Positions 1-10,391 of a stretch of DNA of 64,000 nt are shown one piece after another (position 1 is the first letter of the stretch; each line of letters starts with the position of its first letter). A program made the translations under genes and the position numbers. The DNA lies in assembly GCA_965208615.1 (NCBI GenBank), contig CBDBPB010000004.1, forward strand, positions 352,001 through 416,000. The letters are read 5' to 3'. Source of the stretch: Spirochaetota bacterium (lineage in GTDB: Bacteria > Spirochaetota > UBA6919 > CBDBPB01). The notes under the pieces were generated by a model. That model was not told the DNA's origin, searched no databases, and worked only from the letters and a program-made list of their open reading frames with translations.

Positions 1-431
1 CTTATATCATTATGAACTATTTTTGCATCCAACATATTTATAATTTGTCCTTTTTTGCACTTTAGAGCAAAGTCGCGAGTTAAGAAAAAAGGGGCTTTAA
101 AATTTATATTAAGATTTTGATTAAATACATCGATATTGGTATTTAAGATACTCGTTTTTTGGAAAACTGAGGCATTATTAATTAATAAATTAAGATCGGG
201 AAACTTCTTTTTTACTAATGAGATAAGAGAAAGTAATTCATCTTCTTTAGATAGATCATTACTAAAAATGGTACAAGTACTAATTTTACTAATTTTATTA
301 GCCAAAACTTCGGCCTCATTCATAGATTTATTGCAGTGCAAAGCAATTTTATACCCTATAGAAGCCAATTTAAGAGCTATTTCTTGTCCTATTCGTTTTG
401 CACTACCGGTAATCAGTGCCGTACCTATCAT
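1..431 (-). CDS. Short-chain dehydrogenase/reductase (pteridine reductase-like), 3' end outside window
   Basis: Manual translation MIGTALITGSAKRIGQEIALKLASIG...LINNAS has the TGxxxxIG Rossmann motif and NNAS; AGGGG RBS upstream; not in ORF track. Confidence 0.85.
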   Translation of the reverse strand, partial: MIGTALITGSAKRIGQEIALKLASIGYKIALHCNKSMNEAEVLANKISKISTCTIFSNDLSKEDELLSLISLVKKKFPDLNLLINNASVFQKTSILNTNIDVFNQNLNINFKAPFFLTRDFALKCKKGQIINMLDAKIVHNDI

Positions 432-640
432 TAGTTCCCCTACAGCTAATAGTGTTAGTATAATTCAAATACATTTATAGTTAGTATAAAATATATGCAA
501 AAATTATATAATTTTTTTGTATAATGTTAAAAACTTGTTAGCTGTGTGTTAAATATATAAAATTATTATTACAAAGTTAAAGCCAAGTATGTTAAACTTT
601 AGAAAACATTAAAAGAGTATATATTTAAGGATAGCCTAAT

Positions 641-1650
641 ATGTATGACTACAATGGAAAACATACAATACTCATGGGTGATCCTTTTTTCTTTGGCATA
701 GAAGGATCAAATAGCTATAACAGAATTGGCACTAAGATAAATAGAAAATTAGCAATAAGACAATGGCATAATTTAGCAAATACTCTTATTGACCATGGTA
801 TTCAAATATTTATTATTCCTCCAGAGTCTGACTATCCTGGTTTAGTTTATCCTTCAAATGCGGGATTTATGGTTAATGCTCATCAATATGCACCTCTTTC
901 AGAAAAGGAATTTTACTTTTCAAATTTACTACCTAATCGTGCAGGTGAAAAGCTTATTTATAAGCCATTACTTGAGAGCTTAGGATTACGTACCTCATAC
1001 TTGAATTTGGACAAACGTTTTGAAGGAGAAAGTGATTTTTTCCCTATAGGTAAGAGTTATATATTTACACATGGGAAAAGTTATAAAAAGTAAGTATCGT
1101 TTTCGTTTTGGTTTTCCCACCTTACGAGAAGGTTCACAGCCAGTTTTCAGATTACAGCTTACTTAAAAACCTTTATCTAATTGTAGGCAAAGTCCCCATT
1201 GCTCCTTTTACACTGGATAACCAAAGGTTTTGTTATGGTGATACAGTATTCTGTCCTTTTGGATCAACGAGGGAACACTTACTTATTAATCTGGATGGTC
1301 TTTCTAAGGAGTCTCAAACTTTTTGTCTTAAGGATATGGGAGATCAGATTATTTTATCTTATGAAGATTCAAAGATATTTGCGGCTAATTCTTTTCAAAC
1401 CGTTGTTAACGATGAAGTAATTTTATTTATGCCAATGGGAATAACTAATAGGCTTATTGATATGGTGAAAGAACGAGGAGTTTATCCTGTCTTGATAGAT
1501 GTTTCAGAATTTATAAAAAAAGGCAGAGGCTCTATAAAGTGCATGATTGGTGACTTAGGAACTTTTTTAGATTCTGCTAATGATCTTTCAGAAAAAATAA
1601 AAGAATGCAGAGAAAAATATCGATATAATAACTACTATAAGAAAATTTAA
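641..1650 (+). CDS. Amidinotransferase/DDAH-family (pentein) protein, split into 641-1093 and 1108-1650
   Basis: A..QW..L, PGLVYPSNAG, FEGESD and EFIKKGRGSIKCM motifs of the guanidino-modifying superfamily lie across two adjacent ORFs; probable frameshift near 1075-1100. Confidence 0.7.
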
Positions 1651-1667
1651 AATAAGAGGCATATATT

Positions 1668-2176
1668 GTGAACAAAAAAAAAGTTATTATAGTAGGTGCA
1701 GTTATATTGGTTATTTTATGTATTGGCATATACCTTATTTATTTTTATGGATATAATAATATTAGCTCGTCTATAAAAGAAATTAATTTGCGTAAAATCG
1801 GTGATAACTATTTTAAAAGATCAAATATAAATGAAGCCCCCTCCCCCTTGAGTCCACCTACAGTCTTGATCCTATGAAGTTTATGGCTAAGCCGGAAGGT
1901 AAAAATGAAACGTTTATATCGATTACAGTTGTAGTCAGTTATACTCATATGGACAGCAAAACTGAACAAGAGATTATCTTAAAGCGATACCATATTAATA
2001 GGCTTGTTAAAGACTATATTTCTCAAAGGTCATATACAGAGCTTAACTCCGCCGATAAAAGAAAAAAACTGAGAAGAAAGCTATATTTTAAGATTAAAAA
2101 AATTATGAAAAATCCTATTCTAAATGTATACTTTAAAAACTATATGCACAGTGTTATAGAAGGACAAGAAGAATAG
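1668..2176 (+). CDS. FliL-like flagellar basal body-associated protein, split by a frameshift near 1870
   Basis: N-terminal TM helix in 1668-1877; C-terminal half (INRLVKDYISQRSYTEL...RKKLRRKL...ILNVYF) has the FliL pattern. Confidence 0.55.
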
Positions 2177-2180
2177 CTAA

Positions 2181-3414
2181 CTAGTCTAGACTTTTTCTTA
2201 GTTTTCTTAAACGGATTTCAGCTCTTTTTCTTTGTTCCTGAGCTCTTTTTCTTTGTTTTAGTGCCTTTATTCTTTGTTCTTCAGCTCTTATTCTTTGTTC
2301 TTCAGCCCTTATTCTTTGTTCTTCAGCCCTTATTCTTTGTTCTTCAGCTCTTATTCTTTGTTCTTCAGCTCTTGTTTTTTCTTCTTCAGCTCTTTTTTTC
2401 TGTTCCTCAGCTTTTGTTTTTAAGGCTGTTATATCTTCCTCAGAATAAACATTTAATTTATTATAAGCTTGCTGAATACCTTTTGATACAGCAAGAGAGG
2501 TGATAGTTGCTCCTGAGATAGAGTCTATACCAATAAGAGGTTTAAAGTCCTTTTTATTTTTTGGCATTCTATTTGGATCTTTACCTTTAAAAGCATTTAT
2601 GAAATCATTATCATTAGCTTTAGTTCCTAGTCCTGGAGTTTCTTCGTGTTCCACCATTAAAAAACCGACTATTTTTCTGTTTATATCATAGCCTACAAGC
2701 ATAGCAATATTACCACTATATCCATCAGTGACATAATGTTTTATTATCCATCCTGTTAGGACATTTTTATTATTAGGATCATAAGCCTCGTGGTAGCTGG
2801 CAATTTTAATATTTTCCTGATTAAGCTTATTGATTAATTTATTATATTGCTTTTGATTAATTATGATAGGTGTAAATTTAAGATTACCTCTGTCAGTAAG
2901 TTGCAGTTTTTCATTCTTTTTTAGGACTATAAATTCAATAGTTTTTCTTTCGGATAAAAGAGCAAAGTTATTAGGCTTAATGATCTCGTTAAAGATTTCA
3001 TAGCCCCTTCCTTTTTTACTATGTTTTTCTATGAGATAAATAATTTGCGGACTAAATAAGATATCGTAGGTTTTTTCATATAGAGTTTTAATAGCTTTTT
3101 GATAGTCGCTATTAGCGGATAACTTAATAAGATGACTTTTTTCTTTTTCACTCATCTTACCAGTATAGCTTAATATTTTTGTTTTATTATCGTAGTATAT
3201 TTTTGTTTGTCCTTTAAGGATTGTTTTAGTAGGAAGTTTATCTAGAGTAGTGTTGGTTATTTTTGAAAATACTTGTTTTCTAGCTCGTTTTTCAAAATCT
3301 TGTTTTGCTTTTTCAATATCTTTTTTTGCTAATAACGTAAGTTACGGATAGTAATAATACTAGTATTCCTGCTAGTCCTCCTAGTTTAAGTCCTGTTTTT
3401 AACATATCATTCAT
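2181..3414 (-). CDS. RnfG/RsxG-like FMN-binding electron transport subunit with C-terminal heptad repeat tail
   Basis: GYSGNI, HEETPGLG and DSISGATITS (FMNylated Thr motif). The true start with TM anchor (MNDMLKTGLKLGGLAGILVLLLSVTY) is at 3414 and joins the frame if one A is removed from the homopolymer at ~3321-3327. Confidence 0.8.
2262..2405 (-). repeat. 21-bp coding tandem repeat (RAEEQRI)n
   Basis: Repeated ttattctttgttcttcagcyc units on the + strand. Confidence 0.9.
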
Positions 3415-3955
3415 AACTATCTCCTAAGACTTATGTATACAGCTAAATCATACTTATAGCAAGTCAAATAAACTATCTTTATATAATTTATTTAGATTTA
3501 CCTTGTTTAACAAAATAGTATAGTGTAAAGGTTATAATAATAAAATATAAGATAATATTTTTTTTTAAGTAGAATTAAAATTATATAAAAAGATTTTCTA
3601 AGAACTTGCTATAATAAGAGTAACTATTTTTTATTAAGCCGGATAACAAGCATCTAAAAACATAGCATTTTAAATATTAGTTATAACTTACTATCTTTAA
3701 TGCAGATATAACCATTATATATTACAAGGGCATGGCTATAGTCTTGTCTTAGTAGTAAAAATCATTTATCTTTGATAAAAAAGAAGAATGGGGATAAGAA
3801 AAGTATTAAATAATTAATGATTTTAGGTATTTTTTTTTGATATATTTTTTTAATAAATAGATTTGTATTAAAAATTTGTTATAATTTTTTATTAAGTTAT
3901 TTTTTAAGATAGTATAACTTTTATCTATTATCATGTAATATTATTAGGAGGTCAT

Positions 3956-4706
3956 ATGATAAAAAAGGTTATTTTAGTAATGTTTGTTTTTTCTATAGGG
4001 TTCATAGGTTGTTTTGTTGATCATACCACCCCTAGGGTAACCAGGGTTGAATATGTTGAATATGAAGGTCCTCGTGATGGTTATTGGTACGATTATAGAG
4101 TAAAGGCTTATAAGCGTGTACCTACAAGATATAATAGAGGTTGGTATTATAGCTATGATAGGGGTAGATGGGTAAGAACTCCACCAAGATATAGAAAACA
4201 CTGGTATTATGATCATCATGATAGGCGATGGTATCGTTCTGATAGAAGAAAGGCTTTACGAAAAAAGGCTAGGAGAAGGGCTTTAGAGAGAAGAAGGGCA
4301 AGAAGAGAGGTACGTAGAGATTTTAGACGCGAAAAACGTAGAGATGAACGTAGAGATCTTAGACGTGAGAGGCGTAGAGATGAACGTAGAGATCTTAGAC
4401 GTGAGAGGCGTAGAGATGAACGTAGAGATCTTAGACGTGAGAGGCGTGAGGTACGTAAAGATCTTAGACGCGAAAAACGTAGAGATGAACGTAAAGATCT
4501 TAGACGCGAAAAACGTAGAGATGAACGTAAAGATTTTAGACGCGAAAAACGTAGAGATGAACGTAAAGATTTTAGACGCGAAAAAACGTAGAGATGAACG
4601 TAAAGATTTTAGACGCGAAAAACGTGAGAGACCTAAAGAAGATATTAGGCCTAAAAAAAGATATACACCAAAAGAGAGCAGAGATCCACGTAGGGAATGC
4701 ACGTAG
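3956..4706 (+). CDS. Arg-rich repeat lipoprotein (frameshift at the A6 run ~4582; corrected frame ends at 4706)
   Basis: Signal peptide with FIGC lipobox-like motif, AGGAGG RBS, Trp/Tyr/Arg-rich segment, then 12-aa DLRRE(K/R)RRDER(R/K) repeats. Confidence 0.7.
4312..4628 (+). repeat. 36-bp coding tandem repeat, about 8-9 units
   Basis: gatYttagacgYgaRaRRcgtagagatgaacgtaRa repeated. Confidence 0.9.
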
Positions 4707-4837
4707 AAAGGCACGTAACCAGTAAGTAGAAGGGCATAGAGTTAGTTATTATTTATTTTAGTCTAAATGGAGTTATATATAGTTTGTGCGTTTTATAAAG
4801 ATTAATTTATTTTTGTTACTCTATTTAGTATTAGCAT

Positions 4838-5371
4838 GTGATCAATGGAGAGCATAAGGAATATAGTTATTCAGAGATAGTTGAGATTTTTGCTATATCG
4901 ACATATTTAAAGGATAAGCAAGAGATTCAGGGGTTTATTGATGCTAAGTATGACTTAATAGACTATAAAAATCAAAAGAGATATAATAATGCTCTTAATG
5001 ACAAAATAAAGACTAAGGAAAAGTGGAATAGTTTTTTAAAGGATACCATTGAATATTTTATTGAGTTAAACAGAGAGTATACAATTAAATACTACACTCA
5101 AGAGGGTTATAATAAGAGGCTAAATCTTTTTAATGATAACTATACTTTTGATATTAAAAAGAAGAAACCTATCAAGTATTGGAAGGTATATTTTTTAATT
5201 AAAAAGGAATACAAGCCTATACCGCTAATCCAGGAGCAATATATAAATAATAAGCTTTTTCTTAAAGTTTATTATGATGAAAACCTTAAGAAGGTTAAAG
5301 AGGAGTATCACTTAAGATATCCCAAGTCCAATAAGGTTCTGTATTATTCTTATGGAGCAGTATTAAATTAG
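4838..5371 (+). CDS. Hypothetical protein (Tyr/Lys-rich)
   Basis: 177-aa ORF, no recognised motif. Confidence 0.5.
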   Translation: MINGEHKEYSYSEIVEIFAISTYLKDKQEIQGFIDAKYDLIDYKNQKRYNNALNDKIKTKEKWNSFLKDTIEYFIELNREYTIKYYTQEGYNKRLNLFNDNYTFDIKKKKPIKYWKVYFLIKKEYKPIPLIQEQYINNKLFLKVYYDENLKKVKEEYHLRYPKSNKVLYYSYGAVLN

Positions 5372-5467
5372 TATTTTTTAGGGAGTTATTTTCGATTATT
5401 TATAATTTTTGTATAGGTAAATATATAAAAAGACGTTTTATGATAACTTTCTTATTAAGAAGGTGTT

Positions 5468-6066
5468 GTTACTAATTTTTCTAGTAGTGTAGATCAAAAG
5501 TACTCTAAGATAATTTATCTTTTTTAAAACTTAAAAAATACAGATTATCAAGTTATAGAAAGTGTTCTGATGAGAGTAAAAAGGTTGTGAAAGAGGTTTT
5601 TGATAATGGGGATAAATATAAACATGTAGGTTTAGACTTTGGGTTAGGGGTGGTAAGCATATTTATTTTTTTGTTAATGTTAAGGGGATATTATTTAATA
5701 ATTCAGTTATCATTTTATGATAGAGTTATGCCGAGTCATACAAGGTAAAAAGTAAGACATATAACGTAAAGGCAAGTGAATTTTAGATTTCTTTGTAGAA
5801 CAAGAAAGTTAAGATCTTTATGGAAAAGTTATTTTCTTGTATCAAGCAGGTTATCCCTCTATGCTCTTTAAGTGCTGATTAAATGCCTCAGTAATGAACA
5901 CAAAATATCACTTTTTATGCAAGTAGTCATCACTACGAGAGCTATTAAGAATCCCTTACTGAGACTAAGAATTATAGACCTTTATTAAGTAATAACGGAT
6001 TTGCCCTTCCATAAAGACGTAGAGCGAATTATTCAAATATCGTATATTGACGTTATATGTAAAAGC
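5468..6066. repeat. Intergenic repeat family A, copy 1 (~600-bp unit; 304-bp core at 5757-6060)
   Basis: Aligns by eye with 36262-36860 over its full length and with ~30002-30490; core bounded by ACATATAACGT...ACGTTATATGT. Confidence 0.95.
5757..6060. ncRNA. Putative structured RNA / small-ORF locus (core of repeat A, copy 1)
   Basis: 11-bp closing inverted repeat; internal stems ACAAGAAA/TTTCTTGT, CTCAGTAA/TTACTGAG and GTAGT/ACTAC; compensatory changes between copies. Confidence 0.5.
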
Positions 6067-6427
6067 CGGTGGGAGACTCTAACGCTTTAACAGAATATCT
6101 AAGCTAACTCATATAAAAATAAGCTGTAACCCTTTACAAGGGTCCACAAAACCATTGATAAAAAAATAATTAATAAAACTAAAATGCTAATCAAACTTTA
6201 ATTTATTATTAAAATTATCGATTACTATAAAAATAGATTGCCTTGTTACAATATTTATTAATACTTATAAACTAGATTATTAATTTTATAATATAAATAC
6301 TTTAGAATTAATATTATAAAAAAAACTCTTAACAAAATAAAATCTAATTTATTAACTTTTTAATATGTATATATGAATTAAAAATATTTATATTAAACTA
6401 TTTTAACAAGTATGTACGGTTAGCCCT

Positions 6428-8653
6428 ATGACAAATAATAAAAATATCATTACTTATACAATTAATGAATTCGATATAAACAGTCTTAGAACCTCTCAAA
6501 GCCGAATACTCGAAGTGGCTGAAAACCTTGTTAAAGAAGGTAAATACGATTTGGGAGTAGTACTCTACTCTAAACTCCTGGATAAACATAATATAAAAAA
6601 AGTTAATAAAATTAAAATTGAAAAAAATATTAGTGATATTATGGTCTCTGTTAAACAAACTATTAAAACTGCAAAAAAATATATCCCCTCTAATGCAGAA
6701 ATAATAACAGATGAATCTGACGAATTTGACGAAATTGACCTATCCCTAACAAATGAAAATCAACAAAAAATAACAGATAATAATAAAAAAGAAAAATCTA
6801 AAAACTCAACATTAGCTGAACTACTTAAGTATGCTGTAGATAAAGCTAATACTCCAGAAGAACAATATGAGAAAAGTATACCCAATACAGAAAATAACCT
6901 GGATAATAAAGATATTAATGAAAAACTTCTTAATAAAATAGATAGCCTTAGTACTAGTACTAGCAAGCTAATTAATAAAACTATTAGCAAAATAAAACCC
7001 GAATATAAAAATACTACTACTGATAACGTGGATGTTGATAAACAAATTAAAAGTTTGACTAATGAACTCTCCGATAAAGAAAATCAGGGGGCTGAGTTAA
7101 GTGATTTTACCAGCAATATTGATGAAAGTAAGCTACTTTTAACTAATAATTTCTTTAATAAAATCAACGAAATAGAAAATAAAATTAATAATGACACTAT
7201 TAGTTACATAAATAATTCACTATTTCCTCCTAAGATAGCTACAGAAAAATATAGCGAGGTGCCTAAAGATAATAAATATGATGTTAAGCTGAATAAAGCG
7301 TTTTTTAGCAACATTAATAAGCTCTCTGATGATGCAAATAAAATTAAAGATAGCGTTGACCAGCTTAAAGACTCATTTATTAGTAAGATTAGTAACCATT
7401 TTTTTCCTCCACTTTCTAAAGACAGCATAAAAAAGAATATTAGCTCTAAACTAGAGGATGTCTCTATAGATAAAGACTACAAAGAAGATAAACAACTGGT
7501 AAATAAAAAAGAATATTTAGCTCCTTATGATCCTAACGAATTCGAAGAAAAAATTAATAACCTTATAAATAATCTGTCTGATAGCAATAATAAAAGTAAC
7601 ATCTCAGAAACCACTAATATATCCGAAAACTTGAATGATAAGGTTAATATAATAAAAGACCTTGTGGAAAACCTTAAAGATGAAAAAGATACTAAAGAAA
7701 TTAATGAAAAGAAAATTGATGACTTTAAAGAAACTGTTGATAAATTAAAATCCCGTTCTAAGGATGAAGATGCTCCTGAAGAACCTGTTTTAGAAGTCTT
7801 TAAAGCAAATGAAGAAATCATTATAAAAAAACATAAAGAAAAAATAAAACCTGAAACTTACTCTGATAACTATCATAAAGTACTCTACTTCCCCGATAAT
7901 GAAGCTTATAAAAAAAACGATATAGATAATTTAGGCTTCTACTCCCTAAATGATATTCTAAGTGAAGATTATAGTAATGCTGAAAAGTTAAACGATTCTG
8001 GTGAGCTTATAGAAAAAGTTAAAAAAGTAGTTAGTAAAAATATTGATTTACAACGTACTCCATATCCACACAACGTAGAAAATGACTACAAAAATAAAAA
8101 TGGCTTCTTAGAGCATATAAATAAACCACTTGATACTGAAAAAACCATCAATATTGATAATGATAATTTAAAAAATCACGAAGCACCTATCGATAACGAA
8201 TATAATACGAATAGGTATGCAGATAAAGAAAATAAAGATAGGTTAAATGAACCTGAAAAACAAACTAAACCAAAACCTGAATATTATAATAGGTCTCTAA
8301 AAAACCCTGTAATACTTTCTTATGATTTTAGATCCCTCTTTAAAACAAAGTTTTACCTGAAATACAAAGATATATTGAATGAAGCGGCTATGCTGGTAGC
8401 AAATAAAAAATTGGATGAGGCTTTGGAGTATTATTACGTTATTCTAGACCAAAATATACCCTCTGCCCTTAAATTAATGATTAAGCAAAATATTGAAGAT
8501 ATTGAACAAACTATTACAAATACTTTTCGCTATTCCGATACTATTGTAAAACTTAAAGAATCCGGTGAAGTATCCAGACTAAAAGTGGTAGACGAAATAG
8601 AATATGGTGAAGATAAAGTTAGTTCCAAAGAAATCGTTTTTACAGAAGAATAA
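6428..8653 (+). CDS. Hypothetical large N/D/K/E-rich protein with TPR-like helical motifs at both ends
   Basis: 741-aa ORF; similar helices at the N-terminus (AENLVKEGKYDLGVVLY) and C-terminus (AAMLVANKKLDEALEYY). Confidence 0.7.
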   Translation: MTNNKNIITYTINEFDINSLRTSQSRILEVAENLVKEGKYDLGVVLYSKLLDKHNIKKVNKIKIEKNISDIMVSVKQTIKTAKKYIPSNAEIITDESDEFDEIDLSLTNENQQKITDNNKKEKSKNSTLAELLKYAVDKANTPEEQYEKSIPNTENNLDNKDINEKLLNKIDSLSTSTSKLINKTISKIKPEYKNTTTDNVDVDKQIKSLTNELSDKENQGAELSDFTSNIDESKLLLTNNFFNKINEIENKINNDTISYINNSLFPPKIATEKYSEVPKDNKYDVKLNKAFFSNINKLSDDANKIKDSVDQLKDSFISKISNHFFPPLSKDSIKKNISSKLEDVSIDKDYKEDKQLVNKKEYLAPYDPNEFEEKINNLINNLSDSNNKSNISETTNISENLNDKVNIIKDLVENLKDEKDTKEINEKKIDDFKETVDKLKSRSKDEDAPEEPVLEVFKANEEIIIKKHKEKIKPETYSDNYHKVLYFPDNEAYKKNDIDNLGFYSLNDILSEDYSNAEKLNDSGELIEKVKKVVSKNIDLQRTPYPHNVENDYKNKNGFLEHINKPLDTEKTINIDNDNLKNHEAPIDNEYNTNRYADKENKDRLNEPEKQTKPKPEYYNRSLKNPVILSYDFRSLFKTKFYLKYKDILNEAAMLVANKKLDEALEYYYVILDQNIPSALKLMIKQNIEDIEQTITNTFRYSDTIVKLKESGEVSRLKVVDEIEYGEDKVSSKEIVFTEE

Positions 8654-8654
8654 A

Positions 8655-9497
8655 CTAATAATCTAACTTCCACTCTCCATCAAATACTTTTACAGCAGGA
8701 CCTCTAAGGTATACATTTTTATTGTCATCCCATTTTAGATAAAGATCTCCACCTCTAAGATGGATTAGTATAGTATTTTCAGTTTTATTATTTAAAACTC
8801 CAGCAACTTGAACAGCTGATGCACCAGTTCCACATGCCAACGTTTCACCTGAACCTCTTTCCCATGTTCTTTGGATAACCTCTTTTGAAGATATTACCTT
8901 TACAAACTCAACATTAATACGATTTGGAAAAAGTAAATGATTCTCAATTAGAGGACCATATTTTCTTAAATTAAAATTATCTATATCTTCATTTTCTAAG
9001 AAAATTACACAATGGGGATTACCCATTGAGATTCCAGTAAAAAAAAAGGTTTTATCAAGAATATTAATTTTTTGATTTATAACAGTATCAGAAAAATCAT
9101 TTATAGGGATATCTTTAGCTTTTAAGGTTGGTTTACCCATGTTAATTTCTACAGATTCAACCAAGCCATTTTTAGGAAAAACATTAACCTTTAATATACC
9201 AGCACCAGTCTCAACTGCAAACTCTTCAGCCTCGATCATCCCTCTATCATAAACATACTTAGCTACGCACCTAAGACCATTTCCACACATTTCCGACCAG
9301 GAGCCATCAGAATTATACATATCCATTTTAATAGGAGCTTTTTCACCAGGCTTAATTAGTATAAGTCCATCAGATCCTATACCAAAATTACGATTACTCA
9401 TTTTTATTGCTAAATCTTTAGGATTATCAACGGTTTCTTCAAAGCAATTTATATAAACATAGTCATTGCCAATACCATGCATTTTAGTAAATTTCAT
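8655..9497 (-). CDS. dapF: Diaminopimelate epimerase
   Basis: FTKMHGIGNDY, EMCGNG, GNPHCV, ERGSGETLACGTG. Confidence 0.97.
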   Translation of the reverse strand: MKFTKMHGIGNDYVYINCFEETVDNPKDLAIKMSNRNFGIGSDGLILIKPGEKAPIKMDMYNSDGSWSEMCGNGLRCVAKYVYDRGMIEAEEFAVETGAGILKVNVFPKNGLVESVEINMGKPTLKAKDIPINDFSDTVINQKINILDKTFFFTGISMGNPHCVIFLENEDIDNFNLRKYGPLIENHLLFPNRINVEFVKVISSKEVIQRTWERGSGETLACGTGASAVQVAGVLNNKTENTILIHLRGGDLYLKWDDNKNVYLRGPAVKVFDGEWKLDY

Positions 9498-9626
9498 TAT
9501 GGCACTCTTATGCGAAAAGTTATATATTATTTAACAGTTATACATAAGCAGGATTACAAAAGCTAATATAGTTAGTAAAAAGAGTATAAATAATCCCTTT
9601 CAATTTTTAAATTTATATACGACTTA

Positions 9627-9800
9627 TTAGGCCTCTTTGCCTTTAGCAAGCTTCTTAGCGGCTTCACTCCTAGCCCTATTCTCTTGATCCTTTTTAATAT
9701 TAAATAATTTTTTTTGTCGTTTTAGCTTTTTCCTAAGCCGTCGTTTTCGTTGAACTTCAAGCATTATTAGCTTTTCATTATATTTCTTTCTATTAGACAT
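9627..9800 (-). CDS. Small highly basic hypothetical protein (57 aa)
   Basis: Manual translation MSNRKKYNEKLIMLEVQRKRRLRKKLKRQKK...AKGKEA; GAGG RBS; below the ORF-track length cutoff. Confidence 0.6.
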   Translation of the reverse strand: MSNRKKYNEKLIMLEVQRKRRLRKKLKRQKKLFNIKKDQENRARSEAAKKLAKGKEA

Positions 9801-9881
9801 AATTAACCTCTATCTATTTTGTATTATTATAGATTTTAGTAATAAAATTAAAGGTTTTCTATTATGTAGTTAACTATTATA

Positions 9882-10145
9882 CTAAGAGTTAGCCACATTT
9901 GGACATGAAGATCCACTACCGCATACGCCATTACTACAAGTATTAGGTTCTTTATTCTTAGAGTTTTTATAGTCCGTTGTATAAAACCCAGAACCTTTAT
10001 ATATTACGCCCATACCTCCACTTATTAATTTAATTACTTCTTCCTTATTGCATTGTGGGCATTCTTTAATGGCCTCAGCAGTTATAGACTGAAAAACCTC
10101 AAATTTATATTCGCAACTATTACATTTATATTCATAAGTAGGCAT
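9882..10145 (-). CDS. FmdB-family zinc-ribbon regulatory protein
   Basis: MPTYEYKC..C...CPQC...KGSGFYTTDY. Confidence 0.92.
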   Translation of the reverse strand: MPTYEYKCNSCEYKFEVFQSITAEAIKECPQCNKEEVIKLISGGMGVIYKGSGFYTTDYKNSKNKEPNTCSNGVCGSGSSCPNVANS

Positions 10146-10391
10146 TTTTCCTCCAGTTAATCAATCAACTAGTTAATGAAATTTAATTTCTAAGATAACT
10201 AATTGTTCGAGTTAAGTCAATTGATTAATAACAACGATTTTTTAATAATTTGCTAATTAAGAAGTTATATATAATTTAATATTAAATAGTTCTTGATTAA
10301 TCTCAAAAATCGACGATCTTGTTGTTAATTAATAAAAATAGCATTATATTTTTGATAAAATAAATAGTTTTTAGAGGAGTATTAATATTAA

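Noticed and set aside
136-480. Plus-strand 114-aa ORF and similar short overlapping ORFs throughout the track
   Set aside because: Antisense or out-of-frame shadows of well-supported genes (here an SDR on the minus strand).
5920-5982. Group I intron R/S-like motifs (GAGACTA, AAGAATTATAGACC) in the 304-bp element
   Set aside because: P7 pairing cannot be formed in the canonical order, GAGACTA is changed in copy 2, and the element does not interrupt a gene.
5917-5988. Second small ORF MQVVITTRAIKNPLLRLRIIDLY in the element
   Set aside because: The only differences between copies are non-synonymous and there is no RBS; conservation is explained by the element itself.
5757-6060. Classical integron attC site
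   Set aside because: It has TAAC...GTTA ends, but 304 bp is far longer than known attC sites, the copies do not flank a cassette array, and no intI is in the window.
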